Source: a virus
Taxonomy: Duplodnaviria; Caudoviricetes
DNA length: 64,000 nucleotides
Strand: one strand, 5' to 3'
Virus record (IMG/VR): IMGVR_UViG_3300028591_000072
Span: 224,001-288,000 of that record
Made by a program: the position numbers and the translations under genes. Within the stretch, counting starts at the first letter, position 1, and each line of letters starts with the position of its first letter. Of this stretch, positions 38,295 to 45,601 are shown piece after piece. Under the pieces are notes generated by a model. The model was not told the DNA's origin. It did not search any database and worked only from the letters and a program-made list of their open reading frames with translations.

Positions 38295-38375
38295 GCTCGT
38301 TAGGTCGTATAGGGGATTAGTACACTATAAGCGGGACGCTAAGAAACACTGGTTCGAAACCAGTCCAAACGAGCA
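38295..38375 (+). ncRNA. tRNA-like RNA lacking a normal anticodon arm
   Basis: GCTCGTT/AACGAGC stem and ACTGG-TTCGAAA-CCAGT T-arm; only an AGCG-GGA-CGCT mini-hairpin between them. Confidence 0.5.
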
Positions 38376-38380
38376 AAAAT

Positions 38381-38452
38381 GTTGATGTGGCCGAGTGGTT
38401 AGGTAATGCTCTGCAAAAGCATACGACATGGGTTCGAATCCCTTCATCAACT
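38381..38452 (+). tRNA. tRNA-Cys(GCA)
   Basis: ATGCT-CTGCAAA-AGCAT, U73. Confidence 0.9.
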
Positions 38453-38461
38453 CAAAAATAT

Positions 38462-38561
38462 GGAGGATGTGATGTAATGGTAGGCATAGCAGGGTAGACC
38501 TGTCGGGTGTAATAAATTGGCCATGAATAAGCCCGTGAAAGTTCGAATCTTTCCGCCTCCG
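38462..38561 (+). tRNA. Atypical Ser-like tRNA with 5-nt anticodon loop and very long variable arm
   Basis: GGAGG../..CCTCC-G; GCAGG-GTAGA-CCTGT; GAAAG-TTCGAAT-CTTTC. Confidence 0.5.
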
Positions 38562-38582
38562 CAAAAAAAGTTCTTTGAAAAT

Positions 38583-38666
38583 GGGGTTGTAACCGGTAAT
38601 TGGTAGCCGAAAGGTCTGTAAAACCTTTCCCTTTTGGGACTGGTGGTTCGAGTCCACCCAACCCCA
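38583..38666 (+). tRNA. tRNA-Tyr(GTA)
   Basis: AAGGT-CTGTAAA-ACCTT, long variable arm. Confidence 0.92.
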
Positions 38667-38747
38667 CGAATGTTCAGGTAGCGCCTGACTGAGTGCAGTT
38701 ATACATCACGGGGAATCTGCACGAGAAAAAAACAAAAGGTCCGTCAA

Positions 38748-38821
38748 CGGGGTGTGGTGCAGTTGGCTAGCACACGGCATTTGGGATGCTGAAGTCGTGG
38801 GTTCGAGTCCCGCCACTCCGA
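38748..38821 (+). tRNA. tRNA-Pro(TGG)
   Basis: CGGCA-TTTGGGA-TGCTG. Confidence 0.92.
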
Positions 38822-38876
38822 CTCAGGATGTCCACCGAGTAATGCAAGCATAGGTGGAAAATCGTCCTGAACGAAA

Positions 38877-39033
38877 GGTGCTCTGGCAGATATGGTATAT
38901 GCACTGGACTGAATACAGAGTAAACTGTAAATCAAACTCTATAGTAATTCAGTTGGTAGAAACGTGAGTCGGTGGTTCGAGTCCGCCCTATAGAGCAAAT
39001 CCAGCTAAAGTGGTTCGAGTCCACTGGGCACCA
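38877..39033 (+). tRNA. tRNA-Phe(GAA) with 84-nt anticodon-loop intron (~38914-38997) containing a nested tRNA-like domain
   Basis: Removing the insert gives CTGGA-CTGAAAA-TCCAG; acceptor GGTGCTC/GGGCACC. Confidence 0.8.
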
Positions 39034-39124
39034 CAACTAAAATAACTAAATTGGTACAGATTAAAAAATAAAATTAAACGACAATGATAAAACGAAAGTA
39101 CATAAAACGAAAACATTTAAGTAG

Positions 39125-39197
39125 GCGCTCTTAGCTTAATTGGTAGAGCTACACACTCTTAATGTGGGGGTTGTGGGTTCGATTCCCACAGGGCGCA
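39125..39197 (+). tRNA. tRNA-Lys(CTT)
   Basis: CACA-CTCTTAA-TGTG. Confidence 0.9.
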
Positions 39198-39215
39198 CGA
39201 AAATAAAAACAAGAT

Positions 39216-39293
39216 GCGCTCGTAGCTCAGTTGGTAGATAGCACCACACTTTTAATGTGGGAGTCCTGGGTTCGAGTCCCAGCGGGCGCACCA
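39216..39293 (+). tRNA. tRNA-Lys(TTT), encoded CCA
   Basis: CCACA-CTTTTAA-TGTGG. Confidence 0.9.
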
Positions 39294-39296
39294 AAA

Positions 39297-39368
39297 GCCC
39301 CAATGGTGTAACGGATAGCACTAAAGTCCACGGAACTTTTAGTGAGGGTTCAAATCCTTCTTGGGGTA
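39297..39368 (+). tRNA. tRNA-Arg(ACG) with C33
   Basis: AAAGT-CCACGGA-ACTTT. Confidence 0.8.
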
Positions 39369-39429
39369 CAAAAATCTGGCACGGTTTTTGATAATGTGCA
39401 ATGGTTCTTTGAAAAAATGAAAAAAAATT

Positions 39430-39947
39430 CATTGTGCATAGGCGGGAAACCCCTATGTAGAATCTCCTAAATTCGGTGGAAATCCTTTGGTGTGCTGGTT
39501 AAACTCCAGCCTTGTAGAAATACAAGAAGAGATTTGTCTGACTAGAAAGCACTAACCAATAATGTGTAAGGACTATACCGAGCGAAAATAAGATGTAAGG
39601 GTTGAATAAACAGGTCGGCACTTTAATATGTAGAACAGAAAGAGTGAATTACATCCACAGAAACTTACTATAAACTTATAATCGTGTAGACTGAAATGGG
39701 AGATACCTAAGTTGATTTTAGCCTCATAGGAGTAATATTCGAGTAGGGAGTATAAACAGGCACTATGTCTGTCTCACTGAAAGAAGGCTATCTTGCAAGA
39801 TTTCAATATGGTAATGTCAGTTAAGACTACAACAAGCATTTAGCTCCTTGGTTCGACTCCAAGGGATGCCTGTCACGTGTTGGAAAAGGTGTCATAAGTG
39901 GGTTCCACTTGTTTGGCTATGGTAACATAGTGTGGTAAATATCAATG
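39430..39947 (+). ncRNA. Free-standing group I ribozyme-like RNA, copy 1
   Basis: P2 hairpin, P3 tctcc/ggaga, P4 ttcggt/accgag, P5 tcctt/aagga, P7 gactg/cagtt, ctatggtaacatag hairpin; no host gene visible. Confidence 0.7.
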
Positions 39948-39959
39948 TAATTTATATAT

Positions 39960-40034
39960 GGCCCCGTAGCTCAATTGGATAGTAGCGACAGCCTTCTAAG
40001 CTGTAGGTTCTGGGTTCGACTCCCAGCGGGGTCA
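39960..40034 (+). tRNA. tRNA-Arg(TCT)
   Basis: ACAGC-CTTCTAA-GCTGT. Confidence 0.92.
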
Positions 40035-40072
40035 CAAATTTAGTTCTTTGAAAAAATTGAAAAATACAAATT

Positions 40073-40673
40073 CATTGTGCATAGGCGGGAAACCCCTATG
40101 TAGAATCTCCTAAATTCGGTGGAAATCCTTTACCTAGATATGAAAAGAAGTAGGAAAATTCATCCTAAGTTTCATTAATTTGAAATAGGTTCCGCAACAC
40201 TAACAAATAATGTGTAAGGACTATACCGAGCGAAAATGAGAATAGAATGAAAAGCAAGTACAAGCAGAAGCAATTGCCTCCTTGTAGACTTCTTTATTTC
40301 TTTATATGATACTTATTGGTGGCAATTCGTAAGTATCATTTATTCTTATAAACGTGTAGAGACTGAACGGGAGATGCCTAAGTTGGAATTATATTAAGAC
40401 GATGATAGCCCAGGATTCAAAAGAGCACCCATAATGAATGGGAGGTGGTTGGTATGAAATCCAACAATTCGTTGATAATATTACTTGCAAGAATTTCAAT
40501 ATGGTAATGTCAGTCAAGACCACAATAAATAAACATACATGTCTAATGGTGAAGACAAGCGACTTGAAAAGAAAGGCTGATGTCCGAGAGGAGACGCAAA
40601 TGTGGCATTGATGTGGGTTCGATTCCCACTATGTTTGTTCGGCTATGGTAACATAGTGTGGTAAATATCAATG
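40073..40673 (+). ncRNA. Free-standing group I ribozyme-like RNA, copy 2, with two tRNA-like inserts
   Basis: Same core as copy 1 (P7 gagactg/cagtc); tRNA-like cassettes at ~40398-40474 and ~40531-40637. Confidence 0.7.
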
Positions 40674-40686
40674 TAATTTATATATT

Positions 40687-40859
40687 ACTCCTATAGTTCA
40701 AGGGATAGAACGGAAGTTTCCTATACAAGAGTAAACTTGTTAAAATCAAAACTTCATGTTGGTGAAGATGGTCACACGTGCGTTAAAATGTCTACACGAT
40801 GGTTCGAGTCCATCACATGAAGCAAACTTCTAATCTTGGTTCGAGTCCAAGTAGGAGTA
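40687..40859 (+). tRNA. tRNA-Arg(CCT) with 101-nt anticodon-loop intron (~40723-40823) containing a nested tRNA-like domain
   Basis: Removal gives GAAGT-TTCCTAA-ACTTC; acceptor ACTCCTA/TAGGAGT. Confidence 0.82.
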
Positions 40860-40913
40860 CAAAAAAAAATAACCAGATGAAAATTCTGGCACGGTCTTTG
40901 ATAATATTGCAAT

Positions 40914-40984
40914 GGTGATGTAGTCTAACGGTAGAACGGGGCTCTCATAAGGCCCATACGGAAGTTCAACTCTTCCCATCGCCA
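40914..40984 (+). tRNA. tRNA with CAT anticodon (Met or Ile2)
   Basis: GGGCT-CTCATAA-GGCCC. Confidence 0.85.
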
Positions 40985-41295
40985 CAAAACTTTGGCACGA
41001 TTTTTGATAAGGAATGACTGCTGAGAAAAAATTTTGCAAAATATATTTGTTTTTTTCAAAAAAAAACTATATATTAGCAACATCAAAAGTTCTTTAAAAT
41101 AATGGTCAGGCAAGTCCAGGCAGCGTTTGGGTTGAGGTCGAAAAACTCCCCACCTTATATAGGTGTAATAATCCAGGTAGCTCAGACACAGAGATTAAAA
41201 AGGTGTTACTGACCATTAAAGTTCTTTGACATATTGTGAAATCTGATAAAATACAAAAAATAAGGTTGTCTGTAGAGATACACACAACCTATTAC

Positions 41296-41383
41296 GGAGG
41301 GGTGCCGAAGTGGTCATAACGGCCTAGACTTGAAATCTTGTGTGCTCTTTACGGGCCCGTGGGTTCGAATCCCACCCCCTCCG
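41296..41383 (+). tRNA. tRNA-Ser(TGA)
   Basis: CTTGAAA loop, long variable arm, G73. Confidence 0.9.
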
Positions 41384-41400
41384 CAGTTGTAATTGAAATT

Positions 41401-41522
41401 TGGGATGTGGTGTAATGGTAGCACACGTAGCACTTTATGATTTCAGACACGGAATTTTACAGCAATTATTTTAGCGATGAATTTGGGTTTCCGTGGTTTT
41501 GGTTCGATTCCAGACATCCCGA
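41401..41522 (+). tRNA. tRNA-Pro(TGG) carrying a 51-nt ACAGCAA-module insertion (41428-41478)
   Basis: Removal gives CG|GAA-TTTGGGT-TTCCG. Confidence 0.7.
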
Positions 41523-41532
41523 CTAATATGAT

Positions 41533-41616
41533 GGCCAAGTGTCGTAATTGGTAACCGAGCTGGTCTCAAAAACCAGTGGGCGAAAGCCCGTGTGGGTTCG
41601 AGTCCCACCTTGGCTA
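41533..41616 (+). tRNA. tRNA-Leu(CAA)
   Basis: CTGGT-CTCAAAA-ACCAG, variable arm GGGC-GAAA-GCCC. Confidence 0.92.
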
Positions 41617-41658
41617 CAATGGTTAAAAACCAAATAATAATTAAATTAAAAATAAATT

Positions 41659-42273
41659 ATGAAGAGAATTTTATCAGTATTAATGATTGCTTTGATGGCA
41701 ATTTCTTTGACATCTTGCGATTGGTTTAAAAAGAAAAACGACAATAAGAAAGAGATTGTTGTTGAAAATTTGGTTTCGGAAGATACCAAGTACATGGTAG
41801 AAAATTATGACACATGTTTTGTTTATTACGAGACACAAATTGTTTTAAATAACTATCTTGATGAGGAATGTGATGGTTCATTTGAAAGTGTAACAAATAT
41901 ATTCCAAGGATATACACTTGTTGATAGCACGTTCCAACCTACAGTAGTTATTTTTGAACACATTGGAGATTCGTCAAGCATTGAAAAGGTTAATGATGCA
42001 TGGATGGAAGATATGGTAATGAAAAAAAATGACATTGCCATTTCATATAAGGATGCATTCAAATGTATGAACGAAGTAAATTATCCAAAACCACACGCAA
42101 AGGCTTGTACTTTGAGAAAAGAAGTAGGACCTTGCCAAGCAAACGCCCAATATATTTTTGGTAACGTTGAATCACAATTGTATGTTGATGCAATAACAGG
42201 CGATGTTTCACCAAATAGTCCAACATTCAGTTGTCTTGGCGCTGAAGAAAATGTTGAAGAAGTGGTCGAATAA
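41659..42273 (+). CDS. Lipoprotein
   Basis: Signal peptide II ending LTS-C. Confidence 0.8.
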   Translation: MKRILSVLMIALMAISLTSCDWFKKKNDNKKEIVVENLVSEDTKYMVENYDTCFVYYETQIVLNNYLDEECDGSFESVTNIFQGYTLVDSTFQPTVVIFEHIGDSSSIEKVNDAWMEDMVMKKNDIAISYKDAFKCMNEVNYPKPHAKACTLRKEVGPCQANAQYIFGNVESQLYVDAITGDVSPNSPTFSCLGAEENVEEVVE

Positions 42274-42292
42274 TGATTAAGAAATAAAAGTA

Positions 42293-42359
42293 GAAAACCT
42301 AACAGCAATTTTTAGTAAAAAATCAGAACTTTCACTTCCGACAATAACTAATGGTTTTC
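42293..42359 (+). ncRNA. ACAGCAA-module RNA carrying a Glu(TTC)-like anticodon arm
   Basis: GAAAACC/GGTTTTC stem, TAACAGCAA, TCAGAA-CTTTCAC-TTCCGA. Confidence 0.65.
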
Positions 42360-42427
42360 GTTTTTAATAAAAGGTGACACTTTTAGGATTTTTTGCACAC
42401 CGATAGACAAGGTAAAAATCCAAGTAA

Positions 42428-42580
42428 GCCTCTTTAGTATAAAGGTTATTACACTTGACTTGTACATCAGAAGGAACTGATTAAAACCAAGCTATATTTG
42501 AAAGACAAAGCATATGCTGAAACAGCGATAGTTTCATATAGCTCAATCATGAGATGGCAGTTCGATTCTGCCAAGAGGCT
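42428..42580 (+). tRNA. tRNA-Thr(TGT) with 81-nt anticodon-loop intron (~42464-42544)
   Basis: Removal gives CTTGA-CTTGTAA-TCATG; acceptor GCCTCTT/AAGAGGC. Confidence 0.8.
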
Positions 42581-42704
42581 CTAAAATCTTCGAGGGATTG
42601 ATGCTTGGTTTAGTGTTTTGGTTACCTGACGAGGTAAACTGAGACAATAATAAGGAGTAAGAAGGAAGCATGCACTTGGCTTACTGTGTAGAAGATTTTT
42701 TAAT

Positions 42705-42776
42705 GCGTTGTTAGTACAACGGTCAGTATATGGGCTTCCCAAGCCTAAGATGTCAGTTCGATTCTGATACAGCGCT
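42705..42776 (+). tRNA. tRNA-Gly(CCC)
   Basis: TGGGC-TTCCCAA-GCCTA, U73. Confidence 0.9.
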
Positions 42777-42968
42777 CAAATACGGTGCGTAGTTTACGAT
42801 ATGGGTTTGACACGAACTGGAAGCATGGGCATCAGAGCCGTGCACGAAAGAGAATCAGGAGTGAAGCCTGACTAAACAACTATATCAAAGAATGGTACGA
42901 AGACCTGGTGACAAGAACTCACCGTTACTTGTTAAAAAAGGACCTCATCAGTAGTATCATTTAGATTT

Positions 42969-43050
42969 ACCTCAGTACCCGAACTGGTATAGGGACTACA
43001 CTTAGGATGTAGCGGCTGAGCCACTGTGGGTTCGACTCCCACCTGGGGTA
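42969..43050 (+). tRNA. tRNA-Leu(TAG)
   Basis: CTACA-CTTAGGA-TGTAG. Confidence 0.9.
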
Positions 43051-43205
43051 CAAAAATAAATGGGTGAAGCTTTGTTATTGAAGCCATGGATTTTACCGTG
43101 AGAAGACGAATGTCCGCCCAAAAACACAGAGGAACTTGCCAAATTGATACTGTACAGCTTTTGGTAATAAGGATAAGTAGACTCAGAAGGTTATATTCCT
43201 TATAT

Positions 43206-43277
43206 GCGGTGTTAGTACAACGGTTAGTATATCAGCTTGCCATGCTGAAGATGTCAGTTCGATTCTGATACACCGCT
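43206..43277 (+). tRNA. tRNA-Gly(GCC)
   Basis: TCAGC-TTGCCAT-GCTGA. Confidence 0.92.
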
Positions 43278-43279
43278 CA

Positions 43280-43366
43280 AGGAAACATGCAGCAATCTTT
43301 CTCAGGTTGAAAATTTTGACTGTAAATCAAATAAGGTGGTTCGAGTCCACAAAAATATTGTTTCCT
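43280..43366 (+). ncRNA. ACAGCAA-module variant (GCAGCAA) carrying a Tyr(GTA) anticodon arm and T-arm
   Basis: AGGAAACA/TGTTTCCT stem; TTTGA-CTGTAAA-TCAAA; GTGG-TTCGAGT-CCAC. Confidence 0.7.
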
Positions 43367-43374
43367 GTTTTTAT

Positions 43375-43448
43375 GGGAGAGTAGCGTAGCTGGTTAGCGC
43401 AACGGACTGTTAATCCGTGGGTCGTGGGTTCGATTCCCACCTCTCCCG
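43375..43448 (+). tRNA. tRNA-Asn(GTT)
   Basis: ACGGA-CTGTTAA-TCCGT. Confidence 0.92.
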
Positions 43449-43453
43449 CTTGA

Positions 43454-43585
43454 AGAAATCTAACAGCAATTAATAAATTCGTTTGACTGTAAATCAAAAG
43501 GTTGTGGGTTCGAGTCCCGCTGTCGCCAAAGATTATATTAGTTGAAGGCGACATAGCTCAATGGTAGAGAAAGAAAATGATTTCT
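43454..43585 (+). ncRNA. Circularly permuted tRNA-Tyr(GTA) closed by the ACAGCAA module
   Basis: 3' half (43480-43528) precedes 5' half (43547-43569); terminal stem AGAAATC/GATTTCT. Confidence 0.8.
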
Positions 43586-43782
43586 GAGAAAAACAATGAC
43601 GCTTAACCGTCAGAACATGTTTCTAAATTCATTAAAGATTTAGCGCACTTGTAGAGCGATAGGACTACACCTAAACCGAGGTGAGTGGTGAAGTACCGAG
43701 GAAGCTTTATTTGAAAGGTTACGAGCTCTTAAACAGATGATGGCATAGTTAAGAAGGTGCCATAAACATTTCTTTTTAATAT

Positions 43783-43855
43783 GGGGGTATGGTTGAATGG
43801 CTACAATGCGGGCTTGTCACGCCCTGTGGTGCGGGTTCGAATCCCGTTATCCCCG
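43783..43855 (+). tRNA. tRNA-Asp(GTC)
   Basis: GGGC-TTGTCAC-GCCC, G73. Confidence 0.9.
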
Positions 43856-43934
43856 CAATATTGGGGTTTCGAAAAAAAACGATAAAATTGCGTATAATTT
43901 GGCTTTCGAAACTATTTATAATAAAACAAAGTTT

Positions 43935-44654
43935 ATGTGTGATGGTTTAAATTTTAAATGTAAACAGTGTGGCGTAACATTTGAAAAAACAAAGTCTGAG
44001 TTATCAAAAAACCATAATGTTGTTCCTGTCTTTTGTTCTAAAGACTGTCAACAAAAATGGTATAAAGAAAATTCGTATATAACTGTAGAATGCAAATGTT
44101 GTGGAAAAGAATTTACAATAAAAAAAGGTGAATACAATAAAAATAAAAACAAAAACTTTTTTTGTTCACATTCTTGTGCTGCTAAATTTAATAATAAAAC
44201 TAGAACAATAAAAAAAACTGTTTTTGAAAAAGATAACAAAATTAAAATATCTAAAAAGAAAGAAGATATATATGGTGTATGTCCAATTTGCGGAAATAAA
44301 AAATTTAAGAAATCAATATTGTGCAAAAAATGTAGAAACGAGCAAAAAAGAAATAACATAAAAAAGAGAACACTTGGATATTTTATTGAAGGAAAAAAAT
44401 ATTTGGGTTCAAAATGTAATGAAATAAGAAAAGACGCAAAGAGAACAATTGAAGAAAGCTGTGTCGAAAAAACTTGTGCATATTGTCATAACCACGAGTT
44501 TGATGGCATATTAGAAGTACATCATATAAAAGGAATTTTGGAGTTTGATAAAAGCACGACAATAGAAGAAATAAATGATATTAATAACCTTGTTTGGTTA
44601 TGTCCAAATCATCACAGGATGCTTGAACTTGGATTAATTAAACTTGAAAAATAG
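43935..44654 (+). CDS. HNH endonuclease with Cys-rich N-terminal repeats
   Basis: CxxC..FCSxxC repeats; EVHHIK..NLVWLCPNHH; start moved to Met47 because the listed start overlaps tRNA-Asp. Confidence 0.85.
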   Translation: MCDGLNFKCKQCGVTFEKTKSELSKNHNVVPVFCSKDCQQKWYKENSYITVECKCCGKEFTIKKGEYNKNKNKNFFCSHSCAAKFNNKTRTIKKTVFEKDNKIKISKKKEDIYGVCPICGNKKFKKSILCKKCRNEQKRNNIKKRTLGYFIEGKKYLGSKCNEIRKDAKRTIEESCVEKTCAYCHNHEFDGILEVHHIKGILEFDKSTTIEEINDINNLVWLCPNHHRMLELGLIKLEK

Positions 44655-44660
44655 ATTAAA

Positions 44661-44789
44661 AGGAATTTAACAGCAAGTTACAATAGGTAAACACATTTGT
44701 AAACAAAACAAAGATTGTTGGTTCGAGTCCAACTGCGGCTTTAGGGGAACCGATGGCTGCATAGTGAAATGGAAGATAAATAGATTCCT
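44661..44789 (+). ncRNA. Circularly permuted Cys-like tRNA (ACA loop) closed by the ACAGCAA module
   Basis: AGGAATT/GATTCCT stem; TGCGGCT-T precedes GGCTGCA; break in the D-loop. Confidence 0.7.
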
Positions 44790-44919
44790 GTAATCTAAAA
44801 AATATAAGGAAAGAAGGACACACGTACCTTAAACAAGTACGAAAAGTTAGTGCTGGCCACATAAAGTCGCCAAGCGTCTCAGGGTGGATGCACGATAGTG
44901 AAATGTAAATTTCTTAGAT

Positions 44920-44992
44920 GGGGAGTTCATTTAGCGGTTTAGGATGCAGGTTCGACAGACCTGTCACTATGGTTCGATTCCATAACACCCCA
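44920..44992 (+). tRNA. Atypical tRNA, GAC anticodon (Val?) with C33
   Basis: CAGGT-TCGACAG-ACCTG; one A-A mismatch in the acceptor. Confidence 0.6.
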
Positions 44993-44997
44993 CAATC

Positions 44998-45225
44998 GGT
45001 TTGTTGTTGATAATCAAAGGAAAGTTGAGTTGGACATGGGTTCGAGTCCCATATGGTCCACTAAGTAATTGATTTTCAAGTAAATACGGGCCATCTTGGT
45101 TTTGACAGCTAATGAGTACAATGGAAGTAGACATCCGAGATGCCATAAAATAACTGGCAACGAAAATTATGCTTATGCTTATGCAGCAGCCTAAGGCAGT
45201 GCATTGAGCAGGTTGGCAGCGAACC
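44998..45225 (+). ncRNA. ssrA: Permuted (two-piece) tmRNA
   Basis: T-arm and ATGGTCC-A (to 45060) precede GGGCCAT-CTTGGTTTTGAC (45088); G3-U70 pair; tag GNENYAYAYAAA* at 45156-45194 after ATAACT. Confidence 0.9.
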
Positions 45226-45239
45226 AAATCGCTGCACAT

Positions 45240-45315
45240 GGTCGGTTCGTCTAGTCTGGCCTAGGACATCAGGTTTTCATCCTGGGAATCATGGGTTCAA
45301 ATCCCATACCGACTA
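45240..45315 (+). tRNA. tRNA-Glu(TTC)
   Basis: TCAGG-TTTTCAT-CCTGG. Confidence 0.9.
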
Positions 45316-45527
45316 CATCCAGATAACTACAAATCTGCATTGGCAAAGTTGCTTTCCATAACAATGTGCAACCAGTTTCAGCGTTTCAACTGTAAAAATG
45401 CGAGATTTTTATTTGTTTGGCTAAACGAAAACAAATCCTTATAGTTGGTATATTGGTAAAAAAGGCGGAATGGTAGATAACCGTTTTTATCCAACATTTA
45501 TGGCGATTCATGATGTAGCCATAAAAT

Positions 45528-45601
45528 CGGCCTGTAGCTCAGTTGGTTAGAGCATCACACTGATAATGTGGGGGTCGGTGGTTCGAGTCCACCCTGGCCG
45601 A
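45528..45601 (+). tRNA. tRNA-Ile(GAT)
   Basis: TCACA-CTGATAA-TGTGG. Confidence 0.9.

Noticed and set aside
41100-41218. RNase P RNA or SRP RNA
   Set aside because: Only superficial similarity (AAGTCC, TCAGG..GCAG); the P4 partner strand and the SRP GNRA helix are missing.
38914-42544. Classifying the three mini-introns as group I or BHB introns
   Set aside because: Only 81-101 nt, with no P3-P7 core, no terminal G and no clear bulge-helix-bulge.
43797-43934. N-terminal extension of the HNH ORF
   Set aside because: Overlaps tRNA-Asp and the ACTATTTAT motif; the start at 43935 is more plausible.
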